A stretch of 64,000 nt of DNA, from the NCBI GenBank assembly GCA_965113315.1, contig OZ220368.1, one strand, 5' to 3'. Below are positions 59,622 through 64,000 of this stretch, piece after piece. Position 1 is the stretch's first letter. Every line of letters begins with the position of its first letter. Both the position numbers and the translations under genes were made by a program. Below the pieces are notes generated by a model. It did not search any database. It was not told the origin of the DNA and saw only the letters and a list, made by a program, of their open reading frames with translations. This DNA is from Podarcis vaucheri (lineage: Eukaryota).

Positions 59622-62007
59622 CCCCACATGGTGCCATATAATGTTATCCCACCACACATTGCAACATGTGCCCCACAAAGGACATGGGTAGGCTGCTCCT
59701 GTAACCCCAATCACTTTCTTCTGTACTCATTACAGCTGAGTGACAAATCCTCTGGCTTTATGAAGATAAGCACACAACATTCCTCAATTGAACTTTCTTG
59801 CATTATTCTTGCCCCACAGCCATGACTCAAATTTCATTCTCACAAAACAAGCTTGCAGTTTGATTACTGTCTGGTCACTCAAGGTGACTAAATATTGCCT
59901 CCAGCAGAGGTACAATCCCACCTACAGAGCACCAAGATCTGTTGTTCCCACAATACAGACACCCACCAGGATGTTCTAAAACTGCTAGTGCAATTTTGTG
60001 ACAGTCTTTCCTGTCTAGCACATTTGGCAAAGACATGGAGATTGCTCAACATGCCAGTGTCTTTCCTTAAGAGGAAAAAACTTTTGTGGCGTATGGTTTT
60101 TGTTTTTTTAATTGTGTCACCATGTTCTATGCTTGTAAGTTGCTTCCAGACACTCTGTTGAGGGAAGCAATTTATAAGTGAACTAACTTGTTCTGCAATC
60201 TCATCCAAATTGGGAGAGCCAATCCCAGTTGCCAGCTGACTTAAGACAAGAAGGTAGGGGTGAACCTGTAAGATCAGCCACCATTCATAATAAAAAGAAA
60301 AAGCAACTTGGGCAAATAAACAGCGTGTGACTGAAGACTGTTTTGAAGGTTGGTGTCCGAATCTAAATAAATACTCATGAACAGTGAAGAAGTAATTGGG
60401 TTGCAAAGCCGGACAGAAATGAAATTTGCAGGCATGGTATCTCCTTGTGCAGATCCTCTATATTTTTGCTGAATGGCACTCCTCTCCACCTCTAGAGTTC
60501 CTAAATCAAACAAACATTTCATTCATGTTACTAACTGCTGCAAACAGGAAACAGTGTCTTCACAACGTCCCAAAAGATACAACTCTAGAAGCAATACTAT
60601 CGCTTGTCAGAAGGTTTGAACAGTTTATTTGCATATCCCAAGCTTTAACATACTCACTCTGGAGAATCTGGACAGTAAGAGGTAAGGAGTCGGGATTATT
60701 TCAATTTATGCCAATTTGTTTCCTTCCCCCTTATAAGCACATCTTACATGTCAGCAGACTATAAGTACCAGCATGTTTGTTTCTGAAGTATGTGAAGAGC
60801 ATTAGGCTGGATGTAAATGTCAAAACAATATGGACAAGTACCCGGGCCATCACCTCTCTGTCCCTTACATTAGTATATGGCAATTTAAAGGGTGGGGGAG
60901 CTACTAAATTGAGTGTTCACTGTAGTGAAAGTCAAGATCGACAGTTTAGAATACATATATTAAAAATAATTAAAAGACCTGATATGACAGCGGTTTACTA
61001 CTGGAGGCAGGGGGGAAATGAGACCAGACAATAAACTCTCTGCTACCATCCCTCACACAGGATTGACTGAAGTCCCAAAACAACAAAGTGCTTTCTCCTT
61101 TACCCCAGGAAACATCAGGCAAAGCCACCAGAACTGGAGTCTTTGTGCTAATCACATGTAGCATCCCCTCCAAGGTACTCGGAAGGGGAGACACTGACTG
61201 TCTTTGCCCAGGGCCCAGAGTGGGAGCCAGAGTGATCCCTAACAGGAGCTCACTTGCACTGAGGGGATACTAAATTTGCACACTGCTTTTTTGCTTCCAC
61301 AGAAATTAAATACCACAGCATGTCCTAATATGACCTGTTCTTTTTGCTCATAACAGCATATTCATTCTGACACAAGACTTCTACATTTTATCAGAACAGA
61401 GCCAGCAATTGTCCCAAGACAGAGCCCAAGTAAATGATGGTTTTGCCACTTATATGACAGCTTTTTGTGGGTGCAATATATGAGTAGTTGAAATGGAACT
61501 TTAAAGCGTCTTATCTAAAGTTGCATGCACACTGCCTTACATAACCACATGAAAAGCCACAGCTGCTAAAATCTGTGATTTCTCCTTAAAGTTACATTAT
61601 TAAAAATGGAGGAAAGGGTGAGAATTTCCAAGCCCAGAAATTGCAGCACAGAAACTACCAAGTTAAAAAATCTGTCTGTAACACTCAGTGAGACGAATAA
61701 ATTGACATGAACATAAATGCTGCACCCAGCTTCCCAGAGTACAAAATATAAGGTCCCATGTGCATTATACATTCAAAGAAGTATTGTGCTATTTTAAACA
61801 TTTCTCCTCACACAACTACAATTTCCAGAATGCTTTAACAAGAAATTCCTCTTCCCAGGGAACTCTTTGCACCACCGGCTTGAAAGTTTCATTTATGTAA
61901 GTCTACCCAGACAAATAAATGCTGACACATTTTAATCTTTTGAACTGTTAATTCTAATTATTTTAAAATGTTTTAATTGCATTTATCTGCTTTTATTGAT
62001 GATTTTA

Positions 62008-62233
62008 TTGATGAGAAGAGAAGACACCCTGGAAAAGACCCTGATGTTGGGAAAGATTGAGGGCACAAGGAGAAGGATGGCAGAGGATGAGATGGTTGGA
62101 CAGTGTTCTCGAAGCTACTAACATGAGTTTGACCAAACTGCAGGAGGCAGTGGAAGACAGGAGTGCCTGGCGTGCTCTGGTCCATGGGGTCACGAAGAGT
62201 TGGACATGACTAAACGACTAAACAACAACAACA
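62008..62233 (+). mobile_element. BovB/RTE LINE 3' end with (CAA)n tail and 13-bp TSD
   Basis: LEKTLMLGKIEG-coding stretch, ggtccatggggtcacgaagagt...gactaaacgactaaacaacaacaac; TSD attgatgatttta at 61995-62007 and 62234-62246. Confidence 0.88.
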
Positions 62234-63612
62234 ATTGATGATTTTACTATTTCTTATAAACTGCTTAGAGATTTTACTACAATCTAGCAGTATATAATTT
62301 TTTTAAGTACAAATAAAATACCATAAGTACTTTTCACACAGTCTTTCTAACCAGAGAATTTTTTTTTTTTATGTGATCCTTACTACTACAATTTAGGCTG
62401 CAGACCCAAACTACTTTGAATGACTATTGCCATCAGTAAAGATTAGTTACCCCATAGAAAAGATCATTATCTCAGCAGAATTTCCTCTTAGGAGCCTAGA
62501 CCTGTTTCCTTGTAAGCTCCTGTAACATTTGTAAGTTTAGAGACTTTGGGATGTTAATTGTTTTAATTCATTTATTTTTGGAAGCAAGTTGTCATATTTA
62601 ATAAAAAGCAGATTTAAGAGAGAGGGGGGAAATGCATCAGTTCTGCTTGTGTCAGTCATACAAAAGCATGAAAGCTCCTCTGACATCCTGGAACTGCAGG
62701 GCATTATCCCCCAGGGTAAAATTGGAGATGACTGACAGGAGTTAGCTTAGGCCACATATTTTAGGCTGCATTGTGATACTTTTCTGTAGAGTAATGGGTG
62801 TAAATCTCCCTTTTACTATTACTGTAACCCAAGCCTTGTTCAGCAATTGCAATAATGGAAGTTGGAGGGGAAGGAGAAAGAGAATGCCTGTCCCCAATTT
62901 CTAATTCCAGTCACTTACTTGAGCCCTGTACTAGTCAATGACTTGTGAAACTGACCAGAAAGAATCAGAAGCAGCTTCTGGTCTAAAAATATCCACCCCT
63001 AATTAAGTTTTAAAGTGGGAAAGTGTTCTTAAATGAGGTGGAGAGGGAAACTGGGGGACTGCATTATAAAATATATTTTAATATTATTGTGGCAGTACTG
63101 ATCATGGTGCTCAGAGGCCAGTTTTGGCTCTTTCAAAGTATTTCTTGAAGCACTTCAAAAACCTGCAAAACATGTTTGACCAGAAATAGTGTGTGTGTGT
63201 GTGTGCTATGGGCAATGATAGCAACATCAAGTCTTTGAAGTTACTATCTTTAAACAGCCTTAGATTGCCTATTATCAAAAGAGAACCCACCAAAAATCCC
63301 AGTTAGTACTGGCAGATGCTACAGCCTCACACATTTACAGAGGGAGGTCCACAGATGACACAGAACAGTCTTGCCTTAGGGCAGCAGTTAAACACCTACT
63401 TCTGAAGAATTCCTTGTGTGGCTTAAAGAGAATTTTCTGATAAGGCATGATTCTACTTTGAAAGAAACATGGAGAAAACGGATGGCTATAAGAAGGCCAA
63501 TATCATGATATAACCACATTTGTACCATTTTGAACCTATAAAGTTTCCCAAGATACAAAATTTCTAAAACAAAGAACTATTACATGTTCCTGGCTGCTTA
63601 GGCACATTAGGC

Positions 63613-63747
63613 CAGGCACAGGCAAACTCGGCCCTCTAGATATTTTGGGACTACTACTCCCATCATCCCTGTTGATGGTCTTGTTATCTAGGGATAATAG
63701 GAGTTATAGTCCCAAAACATCTGGAGGGCCTAGTCTGCCTATGCCTG
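63613..63747. mobile_element. hAT-type MITE with 8-bp TSD
   Basis: cattaggc|CAGGCACAGGCAAACT...AGTCTGCCTATGCCTG|cattaggc; core shared with the 1911 element (ggccctc.agat...aacatctggagggcc). Confidence 0.88.
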
Positions 63748-64000
63748 CATTAGGCTATAAGCAAAATGGTGCTGGGAGAGGGGATATTTGTCATGCAATG
63801 GGGAGAAGATGGGAAAAGTTACCTTCAAGAGCTTCACAAAAGCTGACTGTCTAGCAGAGAAGCTCTTTGAAATTATCAGGGGTTGGAAGGGGGGAGAGAC
63901 TTTTAGATCTCCCTTATGCAGAAATTCTATCCCAAATATTACAGTGTCCGGCCCAAATACAACAAAGAGAATGGCTGCTGCTCCCTATTCTTATAACCTT

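Noticed and set aside
59888-60406. 172-aa minus-strand ORF in AHCYL1 intron 1 as the missing exon 1 or a nested gene
   Set aside because: No resemblance to the AHCYL1 N-terminus or any family I recognise; not CpG-rich; composition looks intronic.

Overview
Vertebrate genomic DNA, most likely a squamate reptile. The repeat landscape (young L2 LINE, CR1, BovB 3' end, many Tc1/mariner-type and hAT-type MITEs) resembles lacertid lizards; this host call is an inference. Two multi-exon genes lie in tandem on the minus strand. (1) STRIP1/FAM40A is complete: 21 coding exons, 22942->4988, 2478 nt, 825 aa, all introns GT-AG with consistent phases, and a CpG-island promoter at ~22.5-23.3 kb. (2) AHCYL1/IRBIT is represented by coding exons 2-17 (47800->28439, 490 aa + stop); its first exon lies beyond the right edge and its 3'UTR runs to ~26.0 kb. 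This is the conserved AHCYL1-STRIP1 synteny. Nearly all other ORFs in the track are spurious, except a 5'-truncated but uninterrupted L2 reverse-transcriptase frame at 39.56-41.13 kb. I found no demonstrably new biological system. The best leads are: TA-flanked DNA-transposon shells filled with GC-rich palindrome arrays, with hairpin motifs shared between two TIR families; inverted MITE pairs bracketing exon blocks of both genes (circRNA candidates, one of them 843 nt and frame-closed); a very young L2 sitting ~45 nt from a splice acceptor; and candidate cryptic exons and uORFs.
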